In this document: piece after piece, positions 30,737 through 39,896 of the stretch
Numbering within the stretch: the first letter of the stretch is position 1
Layout: the number at the start of each line of letters is the position of its first letter
Assembly (NCBI GenBank): GCA_026984935.1
Contig: JALSRD010000006.1
Location: 9,410-73,409, forward strand
Direction: 5' to 3'
Source: Desulfobacterales bacterium
Lineage (GTDB): Bacteria > Desulfobacterota > Desulfobacteria > Desulfobacterales > JALSRD01
Length of the DNA stretch: 64,000 nucleotides
The notes under the pieces: model-generated
What the model saw: only the letters and a program-made list of their open reading frames with translations
Told to the model about the DNA's origin: nothing
Databases searched by the model: none
Position numbers and translations under genes: made by a program

Positions 30737-30763
30737 CCCAATAACCCAATAACCCAATAACCC
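30711..30763. repeat. Perfect octamer tandem repeat (AACCCAAT) x6.6
   Basis: Six exact copies plus AACCC, at the junction of convergent genes. Confidence 0.95.
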
Positions 30764-30782
30764 GGCCCGCCGGAACGGACTT

Positions 30783-31301
30783 CTAAAGTGAGGCACCGTC
30801 TTTCCTGACCCGGTAAACGGCGTGAATCAGGCCGTCGTCCAGCTGTTTCACGTGTGCCAGGCGCAGCGGCATCTCCAACTCAGCGGAAAACAGTGAAAGC
30901 CCCCGGCCGAAAACCAGCGGCGCGATGGTGAGGCGGATTTCATCGATCAGGTGGGCGCGCGCAAACAGTGTATTGATGGTCGCTCCGCCGGCCAGCACCG
31001 CTTGGTGATAGCCCTGTTTTTCAAGATCAGCGAGCAGATTCCGCGGCGCCTGGTTCGTGAAAACCAGGTTTTCCCATTGGGAGCGCCGGGCGGTATTGCG
31101 TGTCATGACGATGTTTTTGCGCCCCGGCAGGGGCTTTCCAATGGTGTCGAAGGTTTTGGAACCCATGATCAGCACCCCGCTTTTGCGGGTGACTTCGACA
31201 AACAGTTTCTTGTCCGCGCGCCCGGTCCAGTCAGGAAAGTGCGCGGCATCGCGCGCGATCTTGCCGTCCGCTGTGACGGCCATCAGCAGAATCAGTTTCA
31301 T
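30783..31301 (-). CDS. Dihydrofolate reductase / RibD C-terminal family reductase
   Basis: MAVTADGKIA, DKKLF, IMGSKTF, KPLPGRKNIV, AGGA, IDEIRLTIAP..FGRG. Confidence 0.85.
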   Translation of the reverse strand: MKLILLMAVTADGKIARDAAHFPDWTGRADKKLFVEVTRKSGVLIMGSKTFDTIGKPLPGRKNIVMTRNTARRSQWENLVFTNQAPRNLLADLEKQGYHQAVLAGGATINTLFARAHLIDEIRLTIAPLVFGRGLSLFSAELEMPLRLAHVKQLDDGLIHAVYRVRKDGASL

Positions 31302-31331
31302 GGGCAACCTTTAGCTTTCGTTAGCTTGCGT

Positions 31332-33695
31332 TCAAAATCCCCCGTGGGCCGTGCGCCGGATGATCTCTTCCTGCAGTTCACGGGTCAGATCCACGAAGTA
31401 GTCGCTGTAGCCGGCCACGCGCACGATAAGGTCACGATATTTTTCAGGCTGTTTTTGCGCGGCCCTCAGTGTGCGCGCATCCACCACGTTGAACTGGATG
31501 TGGTGGCCGTCCAGGCTGAAATACCCCCGTACCAGCTGGGCCAGTTTGGTGATGCCGGTTTCGTCCTTCAGAACGTCCGGCATGAATTTCTGGTTCAACA
31601 ATGTGCCGCCCGTGCGCAAATGATCGATTTTGGCGGCGGATTTGAGCACGGCCGTGGGGCCGTGGGTATCGGCGCCCTGGACCGGCGAGACGCCCTCCGA
31701 AAGGGGTTCGCCGGCCAGGCGGCCGTCGGGCATGGCACCCAGCATGGCGCCGAAGTAAACGTGCACCGTGGTGGGCAGCAGGTTGATGCGATGGACACCG
31801 CCGCGGGCGTCCGGGCGCCCGTTGACGGCATCGTGGTAGGCCGCGAAAACCCGCGTCATGATCCGGTCGGGGTAGTCGTCGTCGTTGCCGTACTTGGGGG
31901 TTTTTGTCAGCAACTGCCGCCGCAGCGCCGCGTGGCCTTCGAAATTGGCATTTAAAGCCCGCATGAGCTGCGGCAGGTCCAGGCGGCGGCGGTCGAATAC
32001 GTGGTAGCGGATGGCCGTCAGCGCGTCGGTGATGCTGCCCAGGCCGACGCCCTGGATGTAGGTGGTGTTGTAGCGTGCGCCGCCGTCGTTGTAATCGCGG
32101 CCCTTTCGGATACAGTCGTCGATGAGCAGCGAGAGAAAAGGCACCGGCAGATACTTGGCGTGCATGCGCGCAATGATGTTGTTGCCGCGGATTTTGATGT
32201 CGACAAAGTGCCTGAGCTGCCGCTGGAAAGCGTCAAACAGGTCGTCGAATGACTTGAAATCTTCGATCCCGCCGGTTTGGGGCCCCAGTCGGCGGCCGGA
32301 AAGGGGGTCGATCCCGTTGTGGAGGGTGATTTCGAGCACCTTGGGCAGGTTGAAATACCCGCTCAGCGTGTAGCTTTCCCTGCCGAATGCGCCGCTTTCC
32401 ACGCATCCGCTGGCACCGCCGCAGCGGGCGTCTTCAATGGTTTTGCCCTGGCGCAGGAGTTCCTGCACGATGGCGTCGCTGTTAAAGACGGACGGCTGCC
32501 CGAAGCCGGTTTTTACGATTCGCAGGGCCCTTTTCAGAAACCGGTCCGGGGTTTTCTTGCTGATCTGCACCATGGCGCTGGGCTGCAGCAGGCGCATTTC
32601 CGCCACCACGTCCAGGATCAGGTCACTGACTGCGTTGACCGCATCGGAGCCGTCCTTTTTCAGGCCGCCCAGGTTGATGAGTGCAAAATCGACGTAGGTG
32701 TTGCTCTCTTTGGCGGTGATGCCCACCTTGGGCGGCGCCGGATGGTTGTTAAACTTGATCCACAGGGCCTGCAGCAGCTCCCGCGCGGTTTCACGGCTCA
32801 AGGTGCCGGCATCGATTTCGCGCCGGTAAAAAGGGTATAAGTGCTGGTCCAGGCGGCCGGGGTTAAAGGCGTCCCAGGGGTTGGATTCGATGATCACGCC
32901 CAGGTGCAGGAACCAGTAGCCCTGCAGCGCTTCCCAGAAAGTGCGTGGCGCGTATGCCGGCACATGCTCGCAGATGCGGGCCATCTGCACAAGTTCACGC
33001 CTGCGCGCGGCATCGATTTCAGATGCGGCCAGCGCGGCCAGTTTGCGGGCGTGGCGCCGGGCATAGGCGATGACGGCGGCGGCGGCGATTTCCATGGCGT
33101 GCAGCTCCGCACGTTTGTCCAGCGCCAGGGGGTCGTTGAAAAAATCCAGTTTGCGGATGCGGCGGCGGATCTGCCGGATCAGATCCTGCAGGCCCATCTG
33201 GAACATTTTTTCGCCCAACACCGTGTGGCCGGGGGCGCGCTGCTCCAAAAATTCCGTAAAGACACCGGCGCTGTAGGCCTTTTTCCAAGCGGCCGGAAGC
33301 TCTGCGAACAGCCGTTCGCGCAGGGACTTGCCGCGCCAGAAGGGGATGATTGTCTCACGGTAGGCCGTTCGCGTTTCCCTGTCCACGGCAAAGGGGGTCT
33401 TTTCGCGGCTGTCCAGGACATCCAGGTCCTGCAGGCGGTGCAGGCAGATTTCCGGATAAGTGGGCACGGCATGGGGGGCCGGGCCGCGTTCGCCCACAAT
33501 CAGCTCCCCGTCTTCGATGCAGATCGACTTGTTTGCCAGCATGTAAGCCAAAATCCGGGCCCGCGCAACGGGGACCGACAGCCCGTCCAGTTTCCCGCTT
33601 TGCCATGCACGCGTCAGCAGAAGGGCCCGTTCGGCCGAAACATGGGGCCGGGCCTCCAGGCTCTTTTGTCTCAGGTGGCCGATTCTGGCATTCAT
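31332..33695 (-). CDS. hypD: Glycyl radical enzyme, trans-4-hydroxy-L-proline dehydratase (HypD)-like
   Basis: RVAGYS glycyl motif, SGCVE Cys loop, and HypD-type motifs TYPEIC, FTEFxEQRAPGHTV, WDAF, PAPPKVGITxKESxTYxDF, LPTTxH. Confidence 0.85.
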   Translation of the reverse strand: MNARIGHLRQKSLEARPHVSAERALLLTRAWQSGKLDGLSVPVARARILAYMLANKSICIEDGELIVGERGPAPHAVPTYPEICLHRLQDLDVLDSREKTPFAVDRETRTAYRETIIPFWRGKSLRERLFAELPAAWKKAYSAGVFTEFLEQRAPGHTVLGEKMFQMGLQDLIRQIRRRIRKLDFFNDPLALDKRAELHAMEIAAAAVIAYARRHARKLAALAASEIDAARRRELVQMARICEHVPAYAPRTFWEALQGYWFLHLGVIIESNPWDAFNPGRLDQHLYPFYRREIDAGTLSRETARELLQALWIKFNNHPAPPKVGITAKESNTYVDFALINLGGLKKDGSDAVNAVSDLILDVVAEMRLLQPSAMVQISKKTPDRFLKRALRIVKTGFGQPSVFNSDAIVQELLRQGKTIEDARCGGASGCVESGAFGRESYTLSGYFNLPKVLEITLHNGIDPLSGRRLGPQTGGIEDFKSFDDLFDAFQRQLRHFVDIKIRGNNIIARMHAKYLPVPFLSLLIDDCIRKGRDYNDGGARYNTTYIQGVGLGSITDALTAIRYHVFDRRRLDLPQLMRALNANFEGHAALRRQLLTKTPKYGNDDDYPDRIMTRVFAAYHDAVNGRPDARGGVHRINLLPTTVHVYFGAMLGAMPDGRLAGEPLSEGVSPVQGADTHGPTAVLKSAAKIDHLRTGGTLLNQKFMPDVLKDETGITKLAQLVRGYFSLDGHHIQFNVVDARTLRAAQKQPEKYRDLIVRVAGYSDYFVDLTRELQEEIIRRTAHGGF

Positions 33696-33696
33696 G

Positions 33697-34524
33697 TCAA
33701 CCTCCCACCGTGACGTTGAATCCTGCGGTGCGAAAAAATTCTTGCATGCGTGAGACGGCCGTTTGCGGAGGCGGTTTCAGCCGGGCCGTTTTATGGGCCC
33801 GGGCCAGGCGCTGGTACTTGCCCTCGGCCGTGGAGTGAAACGGCAGAATGTCCACCTGTCGGATGCCGCCCAGCTGCTGCAGAAAGCGGCGTACCTTGGC
33901 CGGGTTGTCCCGCCGGTCGGTGATGCCGGGAATCAGCGCAAAGCGGATGATCAGCGGGCGGCCTCTGCGTGCCAGTGTTTGTAAATTTTCCAGAACAGGG
34001 CGGTTCGATACCCCCGTATAGCGTATATGCAGGTCTTCGTCCATGAGTTTGAGGTCGAACAGAAACAGGTCGGTTTTGGCGGCGATGCGCTCGATCACCC
34101 CGGCCGGCGCATAGCCGCAGGTATCGACGGTCGTGTGGATGTCTCGCTGCCGGCAGGCGGAGAGCAGTGCTTCCAGAAAGCGGGGCTGCAGCAGCGGCTC
34201 GCCGCCGGAAAAGGTGACGCCGCCACCGGAGGCGTCGTAAAAGATAACATCGTTTTCGATTTCGCGGACCAGTGCAGCGACGGAGGTATGCCGGCCGATG
34301 GTGCACGAAGGGGTCGCACGGCTGTCCGCTGTGCCGGCCGCCTCGATGCAGGGCTGCTGCCCTTCGGGATTGTGGCACCACCAGCATCGCAGCGGGCAGC
34401 CCTTGAAAAATACCGTGGTGCGGATGCCCGGGCCGTCATGGATGGCATAGCGTTTGATTCGGAAAATGGTGCCGATGGATCCCAAGCCTGCGGCGTCCGG
34501 GGCCGATATTCGGGTTGGATACAT
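33697..34524 (-). CDS. Glycyl-radical enzyme activating protein (radical SAM)
   Basis: HDGPGIRTTVFFKGCPLRCWWCHNPE, GGVTFSGGEP, DTCG, FDLK, LPFH; ATG at 34524 after GGAGAG. Confidence 0.93.
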   Translation of the reverse strand: MYPTRISAPDAAGLGSIGTIFRIKRYAIHDGPGIRTTVFFKGCPLRCWWCHNPEGQQPCIEAAGTADSRATPSCTIGRHTSVAALVREIENDVIFYDASGGGVTFSGGEPLLQPRFLEALLSACRQRDIHTTVDTCGYAPAGVIERIAAKTDLFLFDLKLMDEDLHIRYTGVSNRPVLENLQTLARRGRPLIIRFALIPGITDRRDNPAKVRRFLQQLGGIRQVDILPFHSTAEGKYQRLARAHKTARLKPPPQTAVSRMQEFFRTAGFNVTVGG

Positions 34525-34595
34525 GTTGGTGCGCTCTCCGGAAATCAACCGCCGGCAGCTGGCCGATGGATTGGGAGTTTGCATATATCCCAATT

Positions 34596-34624
34596 AAAAT
34601 AGAGCTTTTTTAGGGATTTGTCAA
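34596..34624 (-). promoter_or_regulatory. Sigma70 promoter for activase-hypD-DHFR operon
   Basis: Minus strand TTGACA (34624-34619)-N17-TATTTT (34601-34596). Confidence 0.6.
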
Positions 34625-34645
34625 ATTTTTTGCGTTTTTTAAACC

Positions 34646-34674
34646 TTGACAGCAAGACCCCTTTTCTATATACG
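34646..34674 (+). promoter_or_regulatory. Sigma70 promoter for the LIV-type ABC operon
   Basis: TTGACA-N17-TATACG, back to back with the hypD promoter across an AT-rich spacer. Confidence 0.55.
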
Positions 34675-34754
34675 GAGCACCACATTGTCAAACCGATGGC
34701 CCCGGCTGATGGGTAATGCCGCCGAAGAGGAAAGGGTTTTCTTAACGGGTTATA

Positions 34755-35528
34755 ATGGCTCATCTTGCACTGAAAAATGTATCCAAGAGTTTTGGCGGCC
34801 TTCTGGCGGTAGACAGCCTGGACCTGGAGCTGCCGGCCGGCAAGATCCTGAGTCTGATCGGGCCCAACGGGGCCGGCAAGACGACGGTTTTCAACATGAT
34901 TACGGGAGTCTATCCTCCGACACGCGGGAAAATCATTTACGACGGAAAGACCCTCAACCGCCTGAAGAGCAGCCGTATTGTCGCGCGCGGAATCGCGCGC
35001 ACCTTTCAGAACATCCGGTTGTTTAAATCCATGACAGTCCTGGAAAACGTGGAAGTCGGCATGCACTGCCGCACGAAAAGCGGTGCCGTCAGGGCACTTC
35101 TGCGGACGCCCTTTACCTTGCGTGAAGAGCGCGCCATCGAGAATAAGGCATTGGAAATACTGGAATTTTTCAGTCTGCGGCGTTACAGCAACGAATACGC
35201 CTCCAATCTGCCCTACGGTGACCAGCGGCGTCTGGAGATTGCACGCGCCATGGCCGCCGAGCCCCGCCTGCTGCTGCTCGACGAGCCGGCCGCCGGCATG
35301 AACCCCAGTGAAACCGCCGAACTGATGCAGCTGATCCTGAAACTGCGCGATACCGGGATCACCATTTTACTGGTGGAACATGATATGAAACTGGTCATGG
35401 GAATTTCCGAGATCGTCAGCGTGCTGGACCATGGACAAAAGATTGCCGAAGGATTGCCCGCAGAAATCCAGAAAAACGAAAAAGTGATCGAAGCCTACCT
35501 CGGCAGCGGACGCAAAAAGAAAAAGTAA
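34755..35528 (+). CDS. livG: Branched-chain amino acid-type ABC transporter ATP-binding protein (LivG-like)
   Basis: [49 protein letters not shown]. Confidence 0.9.
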   Translation: MAHLALKNVSKSFGGLLAVDSLDLELPAGKILSLIGPNGAGKTTVFNMITGVYPPTRGKIIYDGKTLNRLKSSRIVARGIARTFQNIRLFKSMTVLENVEVGMHCRTKSGAVRALLRTPFTLREERAIENKALEILEFFSLRRYSNEYASNLPYGDQRRLEIARAMAAEPRLLLLDEPAAGMNPSETAELMQLILKLRDTGITILLVEHDMKLVMGISEIVSVLDHGQKIAEGLPAEIQKNEKVIEAYLGSGRKKKK

Positions 35529-35600
35529 AACCGCAGCCCGGCAGTCCATGGTGTGAGTGCCGGGGGAAACGACAACCCACCAAATGAGAAGGAGGGAAGT

Positions 35601-36725
35601 ATGAAAAAAATTGCGATTGTCATCATGTGCGTGGCGCTGATCGCCGGCTTCCACGGCATGGCTGCCGCCAAGACCCTGAAAATCGGGACCCTCAGCCCCC
35701 TCACCGGCCCCTATGCCCAGGACGGCACGGACATCAAACAGGGTGTTCTGACCGCCGTTAAAGTGTTCGGCAAGCTGCCCGGATTTGACAAAGTGGAGGT
35801 TCTTCCCGGCGACTCGGCCTGTGACGGTGGCAAGGCCACCATGGCCGCCAACAAGCTGATCAACAGCGGTGTGCAGGTAGTAGTGGGCGCCTACTGCTCA
35901 TCGGCCACCGAGCCGGCCCAGATTCCGCTGATGGACGCCAAGATCATCATGATCACACCGGCCTCCACCAACGAACGGCTGACGCAGAAAGGTTACAAGT
36001 ACTTTTTCCGCATGCCGCCCAGAGACGATGTGCAGGCCTGGTCCACGGTACAGTTCCTGGAGAAGAAGCTCAAGGCCAAAACCCTGGCGCTGATCGACGA
36101 CAAGCAGACTTACACGGCCGGCCTGACTGCCAACATCACCAAGTTCGCCAAGAAAGACAACATGATCAAGATCGTGGCGCATGAATTCATCACCCCCGGC
36201 GACAGTGACTTTACCGCCGTGCTCACCAAGCTCAAGCGCCTGAATCCGGACGCCATTTACATGGGCGTGTACCAGCCGGAGGGTTCCAAGATGATCCGCC
36301 AAGCCCGCAAGCTGGACATGAAGTCGACCTTCATCAGCGAAGACGCGGTCTATCATCCCAAGTTCCTGGAAGTGGGTGGCAAGGCGGCCGAGGGGGTTTA
36401 CCTGACGTTTGCCAAGGCGCCGGATTCTCCCGAGCGCCGCGCCTTTGAAAAAACCTACAAGAAGATGTGGAACGCCAAGAGCATCGGTTCCTACGCCTAT
36501 TATGCCTATGATGCCGGCATGATGACGCTCGCGGCCATCAAAAAAGCAGGCACCGCGGATCCCGACCAACTGGAAAAAACCATTCGCGAAAACACCTGGC
36601 CGGGCATCACCGGCAAGATCAAGTTTGACAGCAAGGGCGACCGCAAACTGGCACACATTATCTGGGTAGTGAAAAACAACAAGTTCGTGCCCTACTGGAA
36701 TCCGATTACCGGAAAAGACCTGTAA
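35601..36725 (+). CDS. LIV-type ABC transporter periplasmic substrate-binding protein
   Basis: Signal peptide, PLTGPYA, GAYCSS, STN..LT, YAYDA, GITGKIKFDSKGD; ATG after AAGGAGGG. Confidence 0.9.
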   Translation: MKKIAIVIMCVALIAGFHGMAAAKTLKIGTLSPLTGPYAQDGTDIKQGVLTAVKVFGKLPGFDKVEVLPGDSACDGGKATMAANKLINSGVQVVVGAYCSSATEPAQIPLMDAKIIMITPASTNERLTQKGYKYFFRMPPRDDVQAWSTVQFLEKKLKAKTLALIDDKQTYTAGLTANITKFAKKDNMIKIVAHEFITPGDSDFTAVLTKLKRLNPDAIYMGVYQPEGSKMIRQARKLDMKSTFISEDAVYHPKFLEVGGKAAEGVYLTFAKAPDSPERRAFEKTYKKMWNAKSIGSYAYYAYDAGMMTLAAIKKAGTADPDQLEKTIRENTWPGITGKIKFDSKGDRKLAHIIWVVKNNKFVPYWNPITGKDL

Positions 36726-36740
36726 CAGTAAGAAAATAGG

Positions 36741-36770
36741 ACATCCGGCCGGTTACCATCGGCCGGATGT
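36741..36770 (+). promoter_or_regulatory. Stem-loop after the binding-protein gene (mRNA-stabilising or partial terminator)
   Basis: ACATCCGGCCG / CGGCCGGATGT perfect 11-bp stem. Confidence 0.6.
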
Positions 36771-36842
36771 ACATTAACGGCTGGGGAGGTTTGGCGCTGT
36801 TTTCGAAAAGCAGCGGAAGCGGTTCCACGGAGATTTTGTTGC

Positions 36843-37763
36843 ATGACTTCAACCGGTTTCATCCTGCAGCAGCTGGTAAACGCCCTGTTTCTGGGCAGCA
36901 TCTATGCCCTGATTGCACTGGGGTATACGATGGTTTACGGCATCATCGAACTGATCAACTTCGCCCATGGCGAGCTTTTTACCGCCGGTGCGTTCATCGG
37001 CCTGATCGTACTTTCCGCGCTGCAGTCCGTCGGCTGGGTGGACAGCCACTTCATCCTCACCATGGTGATTGTGTTCGCCATGGCCATGGCGTATGTGGCC
37101 GTTTTGGGGGTGGCCCTCGAGCACGTGGCCTATCGGCCGCTGCGGGATGCCTCGCGCCTGGCCGCGATTCTGAGCGCCCTGGGGATGTCCATCTTCCTGT
37201 CCAACGGCATGATGCTCAGCCAGGGCGTATCGGACCGCGCCTATCCATCCATCTTCGGCGCCGAGGGCATCACCGTCATGGGCGCCAAGATCACCAACGG
37301 CCAGATCTTCATCATTCTGCTGGCGGTGGCCCTGATGGTCGCCCTGCAGCTCTTTGTCCACCGCACGCGCCTGGGCAAGGCCATGCGGGCCACGGCCCAG
37401 AACCGCACCATGTCGCGCATGCTGGGCATCAACATCGACCAGACCATCCGCATCACTTTCATCATCGGGCCGGCCTTGGGGGCCGCGGCCGGTGTGATGG
37501 TGGGCCTCTACTACGGGGCCGTGCGGTTCGACATGGGGTTTATCTTCATGATCAAAGCCTTCGCCGCCGCCATCCTGGGCGGTATCGGCTCTATCCCGGG
37601 AGCCATGATCGGCGGGCTGATCATCGGCGGTGTCGAAGTGCTGTGGGCCGCTTTCCTGCCCAGCGCCTGGAAAGATGTGACCACCTTTACCCTCTTGATT
37701 CTGGTGCTGTATTTCAAACCCAGCGGACTCTGGGGACAGGGTGATGTCGAGGTGCGGGTGTAA
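36843..37763 (+). CDS. livH: LIV-type ABC permease (LivH-like)
   Basis: GSIYALIALGYTMVYG, INFAHGE, TRLGKAMRA, KAFAAAILGGIGSIPGA. Confidence 0.92.
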   Translation: MTSTGFILQQLVNALFLGSIYALIALGYTMVYGIIELINFAHGELFTAGAFIGLIVLSALQSVGWVDSHFILTMVIVFAMAMAYVAVLGVALEHVAYRPLRDASRLAAILSALGMSIFLSNGMMLSQGVSDRAYPSIFGAEGITVMGAKITNGQIFIILLAVALMVALQLFVHRTRLGKAMRATAQNRTMSRMLGINIDQTIRITFIIGPALGAAAGVMVGLYYGAVRFDMGFIFMIKAFAAAILGGIGSIPGAMIGGLIIGGVEVLWAAFLPSAWKDVTTFTLLILVLYFKPSGLWGQGDVEVRV

Positions 37764-38995
37764 TGATACGTCAAGAAATCAAGAAACTGGCGGTTTACTC
37801 CGTTTTTCTGGCTATTCTGATTCTTCCCATGGTGGGCTTCCGGACGACGCATTTTGAGGCCGGGCGCGCCTTTAAAGTGCTGGGCCTTTTTATTGCCATC
37901 CTGGTGGCCAATTTTGTTGCCAAAGTCGTGCGCAGCCGGCGGGGGGAAGATCAGCTGCAGAAAGTATCGCTGGGCGACCGCATCAGCCTGCGTTTTGCCG
38001 AAATCCCTAAGATCTACACGCTCGGCCTGCTGGTGGCCGTTGCCGCCGTTTTTCCCCTGCTGGCGGACAACTATATGATTGATGTGGGCATCACCTGCCT
38101 GATTTATGTGACCCTCGGTCTGGGGCTCAACATCGTGGTGGGGCTCTGCGGCCTGCTGGATCTGGGCTATATCGCCTTTTACGCGGTGGGGGCCTACACC
38201 TACGCACTGCTCAATCTCAGGTTCGGTGTCTCTTTCTGGGCGGCGCTGCCGGCGGGTGTGCTGATGGGCATGTTCCTGGGCTGCGTCATCGGCTATCCGA
38301 CCTTGAAGATGCGCGGTGATTACCTGGCCATCGTCACCATGGGGTTCGGCGAAATCATCCGCCTGGTGCTGAACAACTGGGATAAGCTGACCGCCGGACC
38401 CAACGGTCTGTTCGGCATGCAAAAGCCGACGCTTTATTACCCTGGATTTCATGACGGCGGGCTGCACTTGTCGGTCTACTCCATTAAAACCCTGCCGGCG
38501 TTGTACTACATGATTCTGATCATCGCCCTGCTGACACTGGTCGGGATCCGGCGCCTGAATGATTCGCGCATCGGTCGCGCCTGGGTGGCCGTGCGCGAAG
38601 ACGAGACGGCCGCCGAGCTTTCGGGCGTGCCCACCACCTGGCTCAAGCTGCTGGCCTACGCGCTGGGAGCGGGATTCGCCGCCGTGGCCGGGGCGTTTTT
38701 TGCGGCCAAGCTCAGCTATGTCAACCCGAACTTCTTCATTTTCATGGAATCGTGCATCGTGCTGTGTATCGTGGTGCTGGGCGGTTCCGGAAGCATCCCC
38801 GGTGTTATCGTGGCCGGTTTTATCCTCATCGCGGTGCCGGAAATTTTCCGGGAGCTGCAGAACTACCGCATGCTGGCCTTCGGCGCCATCATGGCCATCA
38901 TGATGGTTCTGAAACCCGACGGGCTGATTCCCGCGCGCCGTCGCCGGGTGCAGATGGCAGAGCGGCGCCAGCTGGCAGGGGAGAGCAATGAATAA
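37763..38995 (+). CDS. livM: LIV-type ABC permease (LivM-like)
   Basis: GLNIVVGLCGLLDLGYIAFY, RGDYLAIVTMGFGE, SRIGRAWVAVREDE, VVLGG. Confidence 0.92.
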   Translation: MIRQEIKKLAVYSVFLAILILPMVGFRTTHFEAGRAFKVLGLFIAILVANFVAKVVRSRRGEDQLQKVSLGDRISLRFAEIPKIYTLGLLVAVAAVFPLLADNYMIDVGITCLIYVTLGLGLNIVVGLCGLLDLGYIAFYAVGAYTYALLNLRFGVSFWAALPAGVLMGMFLGCVIGYPTLKMRGDYLAIVTMGFGEIIRLVLNNWDKLTAGPNGLFGMQKPTLYYPGFHDGGLHLSVYSIKTLPALYYMILIIALLTLVGIRRLNDSRIGRAWVAVREDETAAELSGVPTTWLKLLAYALGAGFAAVAGAFFAAKLSYVNPNFFIFMESCIVLCIVVLGGSGSIPGVIVAGFILIAVPEIFRELQNYRMLAFGAIMAIMMVLKPDGLIPARRRRVQMAERRQLAGESNE

Positions 38996-39707
38996 GGCGG
39001 ACGTTCTGGTTCTGAAAAATGTCCACACCTACTATGGCAACATTCACGCCCTCAAGGGTATCGACCTGGCGGTGCCGAAAGGCGGCATTGCCTGCCTGAT
39101 CGGCGCCAACGGGGCCGGCAAATCCACCACGCTGATGACCGTGTCCGGTGTGCTGCGTCCCAGGCAGGGTGAGGTTTTTTTCGAAGGCCGTCCGATCCAC
39201 GGGACAACCCCCGAGAAGGTGGCCGCCCTGGGAATCGCCCAGAGCCCGGAAGGCCGCCAGATATTTCCCCGCATGTCGGTGCTCGAAAATCTCGAGATGG
39301 GGGCTTTCCTGCGCCGCGACCGGGAGGGCATTCAAAAGGACCTGGAGTGGGTGTACAGCCTGTTCCCGATACTGCAGGACCGCAGAAACCAGCTGGGCGG
39401 CACCCTGAGCGGCGGAGAACAGCAGATGCTGGCCATTGGACGGGCGCTGATGAGCCGGCCCTCGCTGCTGCTGCTGGACGAACCCTCGCTGGGACTGGCA
39501 CCCAAAATCGTCGAAACCATTTTCGAGACGATTTTAGAGATCAACAAGCGCGGCACCTCCATTTTCCTGGTCGAGCAGAACGCCCAGATGGCGCTGAGCA
39601 TCGCTGAAATCGGTTACGTCATGGAAACCGGCACCATTGTTCTGACCGATCGGGCGGATGCACTGCTGGAAAACGAGCAGGTCAAAAAAGCCTACCTCGG
39701 AGAGTGA
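38988..39707 (+). CDS. livF: LIV-type ABC ATP-binding protein (LivF-like)
   Basis: GANGAGKST, PEGRQIF, LSGGEQQMLA, LDEPSLGLAP, VEQNA. Confidence 0.92.
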   Translation: MNKADVLVLKNVHTYYGNIHALKGIDLAVPKGGIACLIGANGAGKSTTLMTVSGVLRPRQGEVFFEGRPIHGTTPEKVAALGIAQSPEGRQIFPRMSVLENLEMGAFLRRDREGIQKDLEWVYSLFPILQDRRNQLGGTLSGGEQQMLAIGRALMSRPSLLLLDEPSLGLAPKIVETIFETILEINKRGTSIFLVEQNAQMALSIAEIGYVMETGTIVLTDRADALLENEQVKKAYLGE

Positions 39708-39808
39708 CCGCTGCCGCAGCACCCGGCCGCTGCTTTTAGCGTACCGCACCCTTCCCCCACGACCTTTGAGGCCGGGCGGCGCCTGTTCCCGCAATTGCAA
39801 ATTTCTCC

Positions 39809-39837
39809 TTGAAATGGTGGCGTTCAGTCCCTATCTT
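39809..39837 (+). promoter_or_regulatory. Sigma70 promoter for pncA-pncB
   Basis: TTGAAA-N17-TATCTT. Confidence 0.55.
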
Positions 39838-39896
39838 GGTTGCAGCCGGCGGAAAAACACGGCCGTTTGCCGTGCCGGCCCGCCAAGGAGGGGAAG

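Noticed and set aside
30711-30763. Possible CRISPR array
   Set aside because: Contiguous 8-bp units with no spacers and no cas genes.
31332-33695. Pyruvate formate-lyase call
   Set aside because: Single Cys in GCVE rather than the PFL CC pair; motifs fit HypD-type eliminases.
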